DNA of 64,000 nt. It comes from a virus. The notes under the pieces were generated by a model. The model did not search any database. It saw nothing but the letters and a program-made list of their open reading frames with translations, and was not told where the DNA came from. Location: IMG/VR virus record IMGVR_UViG_3300042484_002006; one strand, written 5' to 3'. Below are positions 54,873-64,000 of this stretch, piece by piece (position 1 is the stretch's first letter; every line of letters starts with the position of its first letter). The translations under genes were made by a program, and so were the position numbers.

Positions 54873-55319
54873 TTATGAGTAGTTATACATCGTTTTTGTT
54901 AAAGAATCAATAACAAGAACAATTTGATATATTTCAAATTCTTCTTTTTTGTCTTCTCGAACTTGATAGACAAGTCCATTAGACCACTGTAAACCTTCTA
55001 CAATATATCCTGGTTTTCTTCGCACAGTATAGTATGGAGAAAAATTTCCATCAGCTAATAAAACAAATCTGAATATATTTAAAGGTATAGTTGAAGAATA
55101 TAATTTATCAGTTTTTAAATCTTTTATTTTAGCGTAAAAAAAACAAAAATTAGAAACATAAGTATCAATTAATTCTCTATTGAGATTAGGATATTCATAT
55201 CTGTGATAAAGAGATTTTTGAATATTATATTCTTTAAGAAATATAAAAGAATCTTCTTCATCTAAAGTGGAATCTAAAGTATGTAGATTATGCAATGAAT
55301 GAATAAGAGAAGATTCCAT
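54873..55319 (-). CDS. hypothetical protein
   Basis: 148 aa ORF. Confidence 0.55.
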   Translation of the reverse strand: MESSLIHSLHNLHTLDSTLDEEDSFIFLKEYNIQKSLYHRYEYPNLNRELIDTYVSNFCFFYAKIKDLKTDKLYSSTIPLNIFRFVLLADGNFSPYYTVRRKPGYIVEGLQWSNGLVYQVREDKKEEFEIYQIVLVIDSLTKTMYNYS

Positions 55320-55321
55320 AT

Positions 55322-55705
55322 TTAATCACAATCTTGTTCTTCGATAAGAAGCTTAACATAAAGGCTCTTACGTTCAATAGCTGTCAAGAATTTCATAGCA
55401 TTGCTGCGCCAGCGTTGTTCATCAAAATTAAGATTTTCTAATTCCTCTTTGGAAGCGTAATTATCTTTTAGTTGTTTAATATTAACTTTAAGATTAGATT
55501 TATGATTAGATAATTGAAGCTCAATATCTCTACGGATAACTCTTAGAGAATATAACCATAAGTCTAAGTTATTATTAAGAATTGTTTTTTCTTCATCAGA
55601 AGAAAATTTATTTTTAACGTCCTTAAGAACTATATCTTGAAAGTTTTTAATATCATCTTCAGATAATTCTTTGATAAGTGATGATGTCCAAATGTCTGTT
55701 GTCAT
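55322..55705 (-). CDS. hypothetical coiled-coil protein
   Basis: 127 aa ORF. Confidence 0.6.
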   Translation of the reverse strand: MTTDIWTSSLIKELSEDDIKNFQDIVLKDVKNKFSSDEEKTILNNNLDLWLYSLRVIRRDIELQLSNHKSNLKVNIKQLKDNYASKEELENLNFDEQRWRSNAMKFLTAIERKSLYVKLLIEEQDCD

Positions 55706-55709
55706 TTTT

Positions 55710-56477
55710 TTACTCTTCGTTCTTTTTCTTATTGTATAAGAAATTATAAGCGTTTAATATATCATTTTGAAAATGTTCAGCTATTGAGTTTTGATCAAAT
55801 GATGAGGATTTCAATACATACATTGGAGAATATGTCGTAATAATTGGCCAATAGCCCAACCAAGTTACAGCGCCACGAACATCTTTCATTTTAATGCTAG
55901 TGCCAAAAATAACTGAAGAAGGAAGTCCACCTAAACAAAGAATAAGTTTAGGATTAAGAAGCTGTAGCTCTAAATGTAAATAAGGAGAACAGTTAATAAT
56001 CTCTTGATTCTCGTATTTTCTACGGACTGGACATCTATTAACGTAAGTAAGACACAGCTGTTGAGAACTTAATCCAGCTTTCTTGAAAGCGTCGACCATT
56101 AAGGTGATTGCTTCAGGCGGTATGGAGGGAGATTCTATAACAATAACTATGTCTGGATTTTCAACGTTCCACTTTGGAAGCTCAGAGTTAGAATCAACTG
56201 TACATTTACGACAATTTTTTGTTACTGTATGTAGATCTTTTAGATTAGTTGATATTTTTCTTGATAAGATATCAATTCTAGAATCTCGAAATATATCATT
56301 TACTTCAGATTCAATAAGTCTTTTAGAAAATCTTTCATGAAGCGAAGATAAAAGGTCTGTTTCAGCTAAACCTAAATAAGATCCTGATCCACCAAATGTA
56401 TGTTGCTTTTCAGTGTTTTGAGAGAGAGCTTCATCAATTAGCTTTTGAAGCTCTCCCTCATCAAACTGTTCCATCAA
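55710..56477 (-). CDS. udg: uracil-DNA glycosylase family 4 (Fe-S)
   Basis: CRKC, PDIVIVIESP, TYVNRCP, CSPYL, LNPKLILCLG and TYSP. Confidence 0.85.
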   Translation of the reverse strand: MMEQFDEGELQKLIDEALSQNTEKQHTFGGSGSYLGLAETDLLSSLHERFSKRLIESEVNDIFRDSRIDILSRKISTNLKDLHTVTKNCRKCTVDSNSELPKWNVENPDIVIVIESPSIPPEAITLMVDAFKKAGLSSQQLCLTYVNRCPVRRKYENQEIINCSPYLHLELQLLNPKLILCLGGLPSSVIFGTSIKMKDVRGAVTWLGYWPIITTYSPMYVLKSSSFDQNSIAEHFQNDILNAYNFLYNKKKNEE

Positions 56478-56914
56478 AAGCTAGATGGAATTGAAGACTG
56501 TGCAGCGGGAGCTGGAGTAGTCCCTGTTGAATCTGTTGTTGTAGCAGTCTTTGAACCAGCAGCGCGCTGACCATAAGTAAGGTGCTCGGCAACAATAACA
56601 ACTCGTGAGCGGTTCTTGTCGTCTTGCTTCCAACGCTCTTGAACAAGACGTCCAACTATGGAAACTGAAGTACCTTTCTTCATCTTTCCTGCTTCAACTT
56701 GAGTGGCAACGAAGGAAGCGTTTTTGCCAGCAAATGCACCAGTTGCGTCCTTCAAATAAAAGACTACATCAAAATATCCAGATGTATTTTCTGTATTTTT
56801 ATCTGATCCAGCATAGTCGACGGCAAGCGATGTTTTGAAAATCTTACCATTGATTATTTCTGGATCTGATACAAGACCACCAGAGATTGTAACTAAGTTT
56901 TGTGGATCTAACAT
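56474..56914 (-). CDS. ssb: single-stranded DNA-binding protein
   Basis: GGLVSDPE...KKGTSVSIVGRLVQERW...RSRVVIVAEHL and an IPSSF tail. Confidence 0.88.
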   Translation of the reverse strand: MLDPQNLVTISGGLVSDPEIINGKIFKTSLAVDYAGSDKNTENTSGYFDVVFYLKDATGAFAGKNASFVATQVEAGKMKKGTSVSIVGRLVQERWKQDDKNRSRVVIVAEHLTYGQRAAGSKTATTTDSTGTTPAPAAQSSIPSSF

Positions 56915-57138
56915 TATTCTTGCTCCTGTTCAGGTTGTATTGCTTTTTTAAAATTATATACTATTTCTTCAAGAAAATCAATTGATAACTTTACAGCCAT
57001 TTCTGGCCCATGGTAAAGGACTTGATTGTTTATTAGATTAACAAAAAGATTATAAATTCCAGTTTTTAAATCTGAGATAATATCAGTTGATGTATTTTCA
57101 GGAACTGTATCTACTAATGATGGATCTTCATTATTCAT
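56914..57138 (-). CDS. hypothetical protein
   Basis: 74 aa, TAATG-coupled to ssb. Confidence 0.55.
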   Translation of the reverse strand: MNNEDPSLVDTVPENTSTDIISDLKTGIYNLFVNLINNQVLYHGPEMAVKLSIDFLEEIVYNFKKAIQPEQEQE

Positions 57139-57139
57139 A

Positions 57140-57436
57140 TCAGCTCATTCTTTTTGATAGTGCGGAATCAATCATCTGTCCAAGAGCCTTAATGTCTTCA
57201 TATCCCTTGTCATACAATATGGATATAATAGGCTTTGGATCGATGGCATTGTATGTAATTAATTGGAGATTAAATACATCGTTCAGTGAATAAATTCTAT
57301 AATTATTTAGATCTCTTTTAGGAGAAGGATACTTGTTATTCTTCTCTCTGTTCGAAACTGTTAATGTAGTGACATTAAGAATTTGAGCTACTTCAGATCT
57401 TGTAAAAATAGGTTCTTGATGAGTTATTCTAGTCAA
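57140..57436 (-). CDS. MerR-family HTH DNA-binding protein
   Basis: FTRSEVAQILNVTTLTV...PKRDLNNYRIYS. Confidence 0.8.
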   Translation of the reverse strand: MTRITHQEPIFTRSEVAQILNVTTLTVSNREKNNKYPSPKRDLNNYRIYSLNDVFNLQLITYNAIDPKPIISILYDKGYEDIKALGQMIDSALSKRMS

Positions 57437-57495
57437 ATTTTTCTACCTTTATTTACGTTTATATGAATATATAGTAGCATAAAAATATCTTTGAG

Positions 57496-58689
57496 TCAAG
57501 ACATTAGCACTTGATCTTCAATATTTCGTATATGGCGAAGTAATGAATAATGACTAATTGCAGAATCTTCTTGCATAAAAGATGCCAAGGCCTCCAAGTA
57601 AGTAAAACCCTTAGGTGGCCAAACTCCAGCAAAGGCATAGAAGGCATCGTAATCTATAGGAGTTTCAGGAATATGACATTCACATTCACAGTCTTCACTG
57701 TTTATGTATTCATCTTGTTCATCATCATACTCACTGCATGAATCGCAGCAATCTAGATTTCTGTGCGTTTGACTGCTTTGATCTATGCTTTGTAAATATT
57801 CACCAATCAAGTTAGTTCGAGCATTACTGAAGTCTGAATAAAAACGAGGATTTTGAGAATTTTTTACCCAGTTTATATTACTAATTTCATGAAGATCAAT
57901 TGATTCCCAAGCTTTAAATAAAGCTGCAACATAACTATCACTTATGTAATAATTTTCTTTACCTATTTCATGAGTAAAAGGTACGGCAAATTTTTCTAAA
58001 ATAGTATTCTCTGGTTTATATTGATAAAAAGAATAGTACTTTGCAACAGTTTCAGTCAAATCTAAATTAGTTCCAGAGTTCCATACCCAATCATAAGCAG
58101 ACTGAATAACGCCAGCAAAATCTTTAGAATACTTTTCTACATCATCCATATCAGAAAAGAATGGACGACACAAATCGCCATTAGAATAGAAATTAGGAAT
58201 TGGAACCATGAACATTTCTTGATCAGGATGCATCAAAGAGGTTTTCATAAAATACATGCGGACATCAGTGGTGTAATACTCAATCTGATTTTCATTTTTT
58301 ATTTCATGATATTTAACAATATATAACTGCCAAGGAAGTGGGATGCGATAAATGCTTTCTTCGTCACAATCATAGTCTATGTTATCAACTTGTTTGTAAA
58401 TAATGGAAACATTTTCATAGCAAGGCGGTTTTTCAAAAACTAAATATTTTTTAGTAGCATATAGAAGCCCTGGGGGCATGATGCCAGTATCTTTTACGAT
58501 GTAATTATTCTTTGTAAATGAAGAAACAAAATCGGTTACTGGAACAACTCGATCAAGTTCTCCAGCAATTTGCTGTAAATCATTGGAATAATTATTGTAA
58601 ACAAAAGAACTTATATAAGAAGAATCTTGATTGTAATTAACTTTAACAGAAACATTATTAGCATTTGAAGTTAGTATAGAAATAGCCAT
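57496..58689 (-). CDS. prokaryotic E2 family D-like protein with Cys-rich tail
   Basis: MPPGLLY...FEKPP...IPLPWQ...PIPNFYSNGDLC...WNSGTNLDL. Tail CCDSC...CECECH. Confidence 0.6.
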   Translation of the reverse strand: MAISILTSNANNVSVKVNYNQDSSYISSFVYNNYSNDLQQIAGELDRVVPVTDFVSSFTKNNYIVKDTGIMPPGLLYATKKYLVFEKPPCYENVSIIYKQVDNIDYDCDEESIYRIPLPWQLYIVKYHEIKNENQIEYYTTDVRMYFMKTSLMHPDQEMFMVPIPNFYSNGDLCRPFFSDMDDVEKYSKDFAGVIQSAYDWVWNSGTNLDLTETVAKYYSFYQYKPENTILEKFAVPFTHEIGKENYYISDSYVAALFKAWESIDLHEISNINWVKNSQNPRFYSDFSNARTNLIGEYLQSIDQSSQTHRNLDCCDSCSEYDDEQDEYINSEDCECECHIPETPIDYDAFYAFAGVWPPKGFTYLEALASFMQEDSAISHYSLLRHIRNIEDQVLMS

Positions 58690-60170
58690 TAGACAAGGGA
58701 CTCCTGAACACTAGAGTTAGAAGAAGTATAGGCAGTCTTTGCAAAAAGATCATTCTTGAAACTGATATAAGATTCAAAAGATTCATAGGGAGCACCGATT
58801 TTACTTTTAAGAAAATCATAATAATCAGTGGTAACAATTTTTTGAATATCTACAACTGAAAATTTACTGGTGACATAATCAAGTAGATAGATTTTATTTT
58901 TTGATGGATTATTCATATAGTGATCTAATACTTCATGAAGAGATGAAAGATCGAAATAATGCCTTAATCTAAAAGAACTACTCAAATTTGTAGAATCAAT
59001 ATTATAAACAATGACAGGAAAAGATTCATATAAAAAGAAAGATTGATCTAATTTAGAATTTTGTGCGAGAATATCTTGAACAGTTGAAGAAAAGTTTTCG
59101 TAAGAAGAAACAGTAGTTATCATAGAGTTTTTCTTTATTATGTTAACAAGTTCTTCAAAACTATAAGTACACTTATGATAACGAATATTACTAGGAAATT
59201 CTGAAATTTCTTTATAAAATTCTAAGGTTTCATCAAGACTAAATGTAGATAATTGAGTAAAGAAATAATTAAATACAGAACCGTACGAACGAGTAGATGC
59301 CTGGAAGTTAAAATTTTCTAACTGTCTAGTAGTCATCTTAGGATATTTTTTTTTCAAAAGAATTTTATCAGGATTAAGAAATTTAGATAAAATAGGATGA
59401 TCTTCTGAAGGTTGATACTGTTGAAAGAATCTATAAAGATTTGGAGTTAAATCTAAATTCCATCCACCATTCATAAATTCATTAAAAACAATAGAATAGA
59501 TATAACGAATATCTTTTTTATCTATGTTTTCAACAGAAAGTTGACTAAGACTGGAAGCAAAACAAATTCTACCATCCATGTAAGAGTTAGGAAGAAATGA
59601 AGGAGAATAAACATCTTCCATGGAAGAAAGAGATTTATGAGAAAACATAATTTTTACGTCACTCAAATCATGAGGATTCAAAATTGTAAGAGTCCAAGGA
59701 ATCCAAACTTTATATGGATTCATCTTTTTGCGATTATCAGAATACCTATTCTTAGTGATGTACAAATCTACTTCAACTTGAAAAGGAGGACGCTCTATAA
59801 AATAATAGCCTTCAGGAGTAATATAGCGAGTAGCTATTGGAAGTAAAGAGGGATCTACTTTTGGATAAATCATTTGCTTATGAGCATAAACAACATCTTC
59901 AGTTTTTCCAGAAAAGATAGAAGAAACATCTACTGTCAATAATGTAGGAACTTGTTTAGTATCATACCAATATCCACCAAGAAAATCATTAACAACTTGA
60001 TCATCAGTAGAAGATTGAGCTAAGGAAAGAGGATAGTTAGGATAGTTGTAATAAGAACTTGTTAATGCAGAATGAACTACGGTTGAAGCAGAATCTAAAT
60101 TAACATTAATAAGATAAGAACTAGTTGCTTCCCTAGGATCAATGTTAGTAAATTTTCCAGATAAAGACAT
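58689..60170 (-). CDS. prokaryotic E2 family D-like protein (paralog)
   Basis: LLPIATRY...IERPP...WIPWT...FLPNSYMDGRICF...FMNGGWNLDL. Confidence 0.6.
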   Translation of the reverse strand: MSLSGKFTNIDPREATSSYLINVNLDSASTVVHSALTSSYYNYPNYPLSLAQSSTDDQVVNDFLGGYWYDTKQVPTLLTVDVSSIFSGKTEDVVYAHKQMIYPKVDPSLLPIATRYITPEGYYFIERPPFQVEVDLYITKNRYSDNRKKMNPYKVWIPWTLTILNPHDLSDVKIMFSHKSLSSMEDVYSPSFLPNSYMDGRICFASSLSQLSVENIDKKDIRYIYSIVFNEFMNGGWNLDLTPNLYRFFQQYQPSEDHPILSKFLNPDKILLKKKYPKMTTRQLENFNFQASTRSYGSVFNYFFTQLSTFSLDETLEFYKEISEFPSNIRYHKCTYSFEELVNIIKKNSMITTVSSYENFSSTVQDILAQNSKLDQSFFLYESFPVIVYNIDSTNLSSSFRLRHYFDLSSLHEVLDHYMNNPSKNKIYLLDYVTSKFSVVDIQKIVTTDYYDFLKSKIGAPYESFESYISFKNDLFAKTAYTSSNSSVQESLV

Positions 60171-60173
60171 TAT

Positions 60174-61358
60174 TTAAGCTCCAATAAGAGTTTGTATATA
60201 GCTAACTTTGTTAACAGAAATTTTTTCCTGTTCTATGTTTTTATCTTCAAGCGTATGCGCATCGTAGCACGATATAAACTCTTCAAAGATATTATTAGCT
60301 TCTAGGAGAACTTCGTCGTAGTTAGATTCTTTGTCATAGTTTAAAGTAGTTAACGTAGCGTTATCTGTTATGTTTTGTATAACAAAAGAATGATCTCCAG
60401 TTAAAGTTGCGCTATATCGCATTTGAATATTGATTATGTTTTCACTATTCAAAGGAGTAACTGTAGTTGTTTTAATAATAGTTGAAAGAGCAACATAGTG
60501 AGGGCAGTGCTTATCTATTCTGCCTAAATGAAAAGATGAACATAAAGTCATTGATGATTTAGAAGAAAGAACAGGGGAAGAACATAGCGCAATGTTTGGG
60601 GGAACATTAGCAAATGCATAATCTGCAGAAGTAATTTTGGTATCATTAGCATGATATGTTAGGTACTGACAAGGAGCAGGAGATATAACTTTCTTTTTGT
60701 CTTTAACTTCAGAAGATGATACAGTGTTGAAGAAAGTATTAATGCCGAATTTCCAAGCATATACTGGACTAGAAGTGTGTGGATCTACTGAAGGAGAAAG
60801 GCAGGAAACTACATGGCCACTAGGAGAATATCCGGTACAACCAGGGTGTTCCTTGAGTTTTCCTGTAGGAGAAACTATATGATTCTTGTAAACATTAAAG
60901 AATGTTTTAGCGACTGAAGTAATATAGATATTCTCAGGAATATTTAAGTATACCTCACCGGAAGCAAAGTAGTCATAAACAAATTCTCCTTCTTCACAAC
61001 CAGTTTGTCCAGGATACTTTGCTGCATGAATTGGATTAAGCCAAAAACGAGTAGTATAGTCTGTGTCTGGAGTTGGTAAATCAAAATAGTATTGAGAAGT
61101 ATCTAAATCAAAAATAACAGGAACATTATTAGATTCACTCTCTGAAGAATGATTATTATTAGGTATAATATTAAGATCGTGCATTTCTGACTCCGATGTA
61201 TTAGTTAAGTTAAGTGCAGGGTTAGATTCAAATATATCTAATGGAGTTTTAATTTTTAGTTTTTTATAAGCTTTTTCTAATACATTAGAAAATTCTTCTG
61301 GAACAATCATCTTAGTCAGAAGTTCTTCAAGAGTAATTGGTTTATTTATGTTAGACAT
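60174..61358 (-). CDS. Cys/His-rich hypothetical protein
   Basis: Scattered C/H clusters: HPGC, HVVSC, PCQY, LCSS x2 and HCPHY. Confidence 0.65.
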   Translation of the reverse strand: MSNINKPITLEELLTKMIVPEEFSNVLEKAYKKLKIKTPLDIFESNPALNLTNTSESEMHDLNIIPNNNHSSESESNNVPVIFDLDTSQYYFDLPTPDTDYTTRFWLNPIHAAKYPGQTGCEEGEFVYDYFASGEVYLNIPENIYITSVAKTFFNVYKNHIVSPTGKLKEHPGCTGYSPSGHVVSCLSPSVDPHTSSPVYAWKFGINTFFNTVSSSEVKDKKKVISPAPCQYLTYHANDTKITSADYAFANVPPNIALCSSPVLSSKSSMTLCSSFHLGRIDKHCPHYVALSTIIKTTTVTPLNSENIINIQMRYSATLTGDHSFVIQNITDNATLTTLNYDKESNYDEVLLEANNIFEEFISCYDAHTLEDKNIEQEKISVNKVSYIQTLIGA

Positions 61359-61359
61359 A

Positions 61360-61923
61360 TTAATACCAAGTGCTTATAGTTTTGTTATATAGATCTTCTC
61401 TGGCCTTAGAAGTTAGATGAAGAAGTTCTTCAGCTTGTTTCTCGAGTTGATTAATATAATCAACATAATATTTAACATCTTTTTCTAAGTCATTAACTTG
61501 CTCAATAAGAGAAGAAATAAGCTTAGATGCTTGAGTGGTATCTATTGTTAGATTAATAGAATCTAAAATAGTTTGTGAAAGATCTGTTTTTTTTAAAATC
61601 ACATAGGCACCAGTAGCAGCAATAATAATTAGATCATCACGAAGAGCATTGTAATACTTTTCGTAAAGTGACGTTGGGATATTAGAATAATATTCTTTTC
61701 TAAAGTCTGTTTTAGAACCTAAGTATATATATATTTCTTGATATATATCTGGATTAATATTTAGGCTTAAAAGAGATAAAATAGATTGTTTCCGAGATTC
61801 GTCTAAACTTGCTGCAACAACATCAACTGTATCAACAGTAATTTTCGTGATGTATGGAGAATCAAAAAGTTTATTAAAAACTTCATTCAGATGTTCCAAA
61901 GATTGGAACTTGTTTATGATCAT
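61360..61923 (-). CDS. hypothetical protein with C-terminal coiled coil
   Basis: 187 aa ORF. Confidence 0.6.
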   Translation of the reverse strand: MIINKFQSLEHLNEVFNKLFDSPYITKITVDTVDVVAASLDESRKQSILSLLSLNINPDIYQEIYIYLGSKTDFRKEYYSNIPTSLYEKYYNALRDDLIIIAATGAYVILKKTDLSQTILDSINLTIDTTQASKLISSLIEQVNDLEKDVKYYVDYINQLEKQAEELLHLTSKAREDLYNKTISTWY

Positions 61924-62114
61924 TATTATTTACCTCAACTGAATAGACTTCTATTTTTCCTGTCTTTATAAATTCTTGAAAAGACGTACTAGAAATAAAT
62001 AAAGATGTAACATCAGGATATATAGATTGAACAATAGGATATATGCTAGATAGATAAGATAAATTATGAAGTAATTCTAAAGTAGAATTATCAACTAGTA
62101 ATAAACAAGATAGA

Positions 62115-62504
62115 TCAGGAGTCTGTATTAGACAGCTCTGAGTCAACCATGTCTGCAACGGCTGTGGCAAGATTTTGATCTTGGTCAGCCAGGATTCCCT
62201 TTGATGCATGTTGCATAACCTCAAGCATTTCTCTGCGAGACTTGGAAACATCGTTATGGAAAGCAGCACGGGCTTCATCTGTAGAATATGCTATTTGAGC
62301 AACTAAGGCTTCCATAAATACAGCCTGCTCTCCATAACCGAGAATAAGAGAAGCTATTTGTTTTTCAATAGATTCAATAGATTTTTCTACTGCTTGAATT
62401 CTTTGCTCAACTTGAGCATGAATTCCTGTCATTACTTCTTGAAAAAGATTAGTAATAAACTCTGCAGTAACTGAGTCAAGTGATGGAATATTTTCTTCTG
62501 TCAT
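62115..62504 (-). CDS. coiled-coil hypothetical protein
   Basis: 129 aa, heptad-rich. Confidence 0.6.
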   Translation of the reverse strand: MTEENIPSLDSVTAEFITNLFQEVMTGIHAQVEQRIQAVEKSIESIEKQIASLILGYGEQAVFMEALVAQIAYSTDEARAAFHNDVSKSRREMLEVMQHASKGILADQDQNLATAVADMVDSELSNTDS

Positions 62505-63127
62505 TGTTCATACCAGTCTTGATTGTTGGTAACATATGATACCATAGAAAGATCCATTAAGTATGAGATAGAGCAAATATCTTGACGACTAACTTTAATC
62601 TGGTCAACAGACAGAGGAGTCTTCATATCAGGAATAAATGCACCACTGTCGGACTTACGCGCAGCAAAATGTCCACACTTCCAAACAAATGAAGTAGTAT
62701 CTACTGAATCAGATGTTTGCCAGTAATGAGCTTTAAAGATTCGAGAAATAGGCTTGCCATCAAGAGTTGTTCCACCGTATGAAACAAAACCTTCATTAGT
62801 AGGAACGCCCATTCTTTCATTAGCGGGATAGTTTATAGAAGCTGTTTGATTCGCTATTGAACGAAGATAGGCAGCAAAGTCAATAGTATCAACAAAGACT
62901 GCAGTACTGCTTTGAAGTTTACCTTCAGAAGAAGTCTTACCAATATCAATCTTCATTTTAAGTGCTTCATTCCAAGGACGAATAGCTAAGAAGCCACTCT
63001 GTGTCTTTGATCTAAACCACTTTTTATAAAGATCTTGCTGGTAGTCTTTAGTATCAGTTTTAACTGGATCCTTTATTCCTTCCAAAGAAGAAAGAAATTC
63101 TTCTGCATTATCAAATGTATCGCTCAT
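62501..63127 (-). CDS. hypothetical protein
   Basis: AGGA RBS before ATG 63127 (MSDTFDN...). Confidence 0.65.
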   Translation of the reverse strand: MSDTFDNAEEFLSSLEGIKDPVKTDTKDYQQDLYKKWFRSKTQSGFLAIRPWNEALKMKIDIGKTSSEGKLQSSTAVFVDTIDFAAYLRSIANQTASINYPANERMGVPTNEGFVSYGGTTLDGKPISRIFKAHYWQTSDSVDTTSFVWKCGHFAARKSDSGAFIPDMKTPLSVDQIKVSRQDICSISYLMDLSMVSYVTNNQDWYEQ

Positions 63128-63141
63128 AATATTCCTATCTA

Positions 63142-64000
63142 TTATTGCCAAATAAGTTTGGACTCTGATTTTACAGGAGACTTTTTACCTAGTATCATTT
63201 TAGCATCTTCCATCTGAGATGTCGAGGCCCAATCCCACTGCTCAAGAGCATACTGATACATGGACATAACCATGTCATTGTGCTTGAGCCAAATGGTATT
63301 CTTGGTACGAGGAATGAAATGTAGAATATCTTTAGTTTCAATTGGTCTGAAAGATTCAGAAGTTACATAAAACTTTGTTTCACGAATCAAAGAAACAATT
63401 TCTGCACCAGTCATATATACAGCAGCGTCAGCTAATGCATCATAATTATAATTGTGGTCAGTATCAATCTTGCTCAAATGAATATGAAAGATATGCTTGC
63501 GTTCTTCAAATGAAGGAAGGCCAACAAACATAATTTTGTCGAAACGATCTGCGCGCAACATCTCAGGGCGCAAAGCTTCAAGTTGATTAGCTGCACATAG
63601 TAAGAATGTTTCTTCAGGAAGCTCTTGAAGACCAGTAAGGAATTCACCATGAACACGATCAGTGGTTCCGCCATCTACATGAGAAGAACTTGATCCACCA
63701 GAAAGATCACGACCAAACTCGTCAATCCACACACATAGTGGAGACATGAGTTTGATTTGCTTAAAGACAGCACGCATGTTAGCTTCTGATTGACCAATAA
63801 AGGAATTCATAACTTGGCTAATACCAGTGCGAGCCAAGTCTAGTCCAAGTTCATTGGCAGTGGCTTGACAGATAGCTGACTTACCAGTGCCAGGAATTCC
63901 GACCATAAGCATTCTGCGAATAGGAGTAATGCCGAAAGACTTTGCGCGTTCTGGATCATTCCACAAAACTGCTGTTCTACGAATAATGTCTTTGATATTA
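63142..64000 (-). CDS. AAA+ ATPase (Cdc48/Ycf46-like), 5' end beyond window
   Basis: GIPGTGKS Walker A, VWIDE Walker B and LRADRFDK arginine finger. The frame stays open to the window edge (NIKDIIRRTAVLWNDP). Confidence 0.9.
   Translation of the reverse strand, partial: NIKDIIRRTAVLWNDPERAKSFGITPIRRMLMVGIPGTGKSAICQATANELGLDLARTGISQVMNSFIGQSEANMRAVFKQIKLMSPLCVWIDEFGRDLSGGSSSSHVDGGTTDRVHGEFLTGLQELPEETFLLCAANQLEALRPEMLRADRFDKIMFVGLPSFEERKHIFHIHLSKIDTDHNYNYDALADAAVYMTGAEIVSLIRETKFYVTSESFRPIETKDILHFIPRTKNTIWLKHNDMVMSMYQYALEQWDWASTSQMEDAKMILGKKSPVKSESKLIWQ

Noticed and set aside
1-64000. Stop-codon reassignment, integrase or transposon
   Set aside because: Conserved enzymes are full length under code 11 with TAA, TAG and TGA all used as stops. 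No recombinase or transposase motifs or terminal repeats were recognised.

Overview
AT-rich, densely coding segment of a large tailed dsDNA phage. The host is most likely an actinobacterium: the window carries WhiB, an LPXTG-type surface protein, an MSMEG_6728-family glycosylase, leaderless promoters and T/P/E-rich stalk proteins. Bases 1-48039 are almost all on the + strand. They hold nucleotide metabolism and glycosyltransferases (1-4.6 kb), a replication/recombination module (SF4 helicase, two Cas4/RecB-like proteins, HD protein, AEP primase with a PriL-like Cys tail, DnaE, endonuclease I-like protein, sigma factor, RNase HI, dNMP kinase; 4.6-19 kb), Lys-rich micro-proteins interleaved with a lysis/surface cassette (19-24.8 kb), a DEDD exonuclease, tRNA-Ser(GCT), a glycan-modification operon (25.8-30 kb), two HiPIP-like paralogs and a large secreted stalk protein. 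They end with a collagen fibre and Gly/His-rich fibre genes followed by three 2OG-Fe(II) oxygenases, a flavin-dependent halogenase and a methyltransferase-like gene (35.6-48 kb). Bases 48117-64000 are on the - strand: small early-type genes, WhiB, KTSC, UDG family 4, SSB, a MerR-type HTH, two tandem prokaryotic-E2-like proteins and a truncated AAA ATPase. Best candidates for new biology: (i) a fibre-protein tailoring cluster with a His-rich adhesin, (ii) a phage E2-like (ubiquitin-type) conjugation pair, (iii) a YTACTAT promoter regulon probably read by the phage sigma factor. No CRISPR array, rRNA, transposase, integrase or reverse transcriptase was seen. All protein calls come from motif recognition by eye; no database searches were run.
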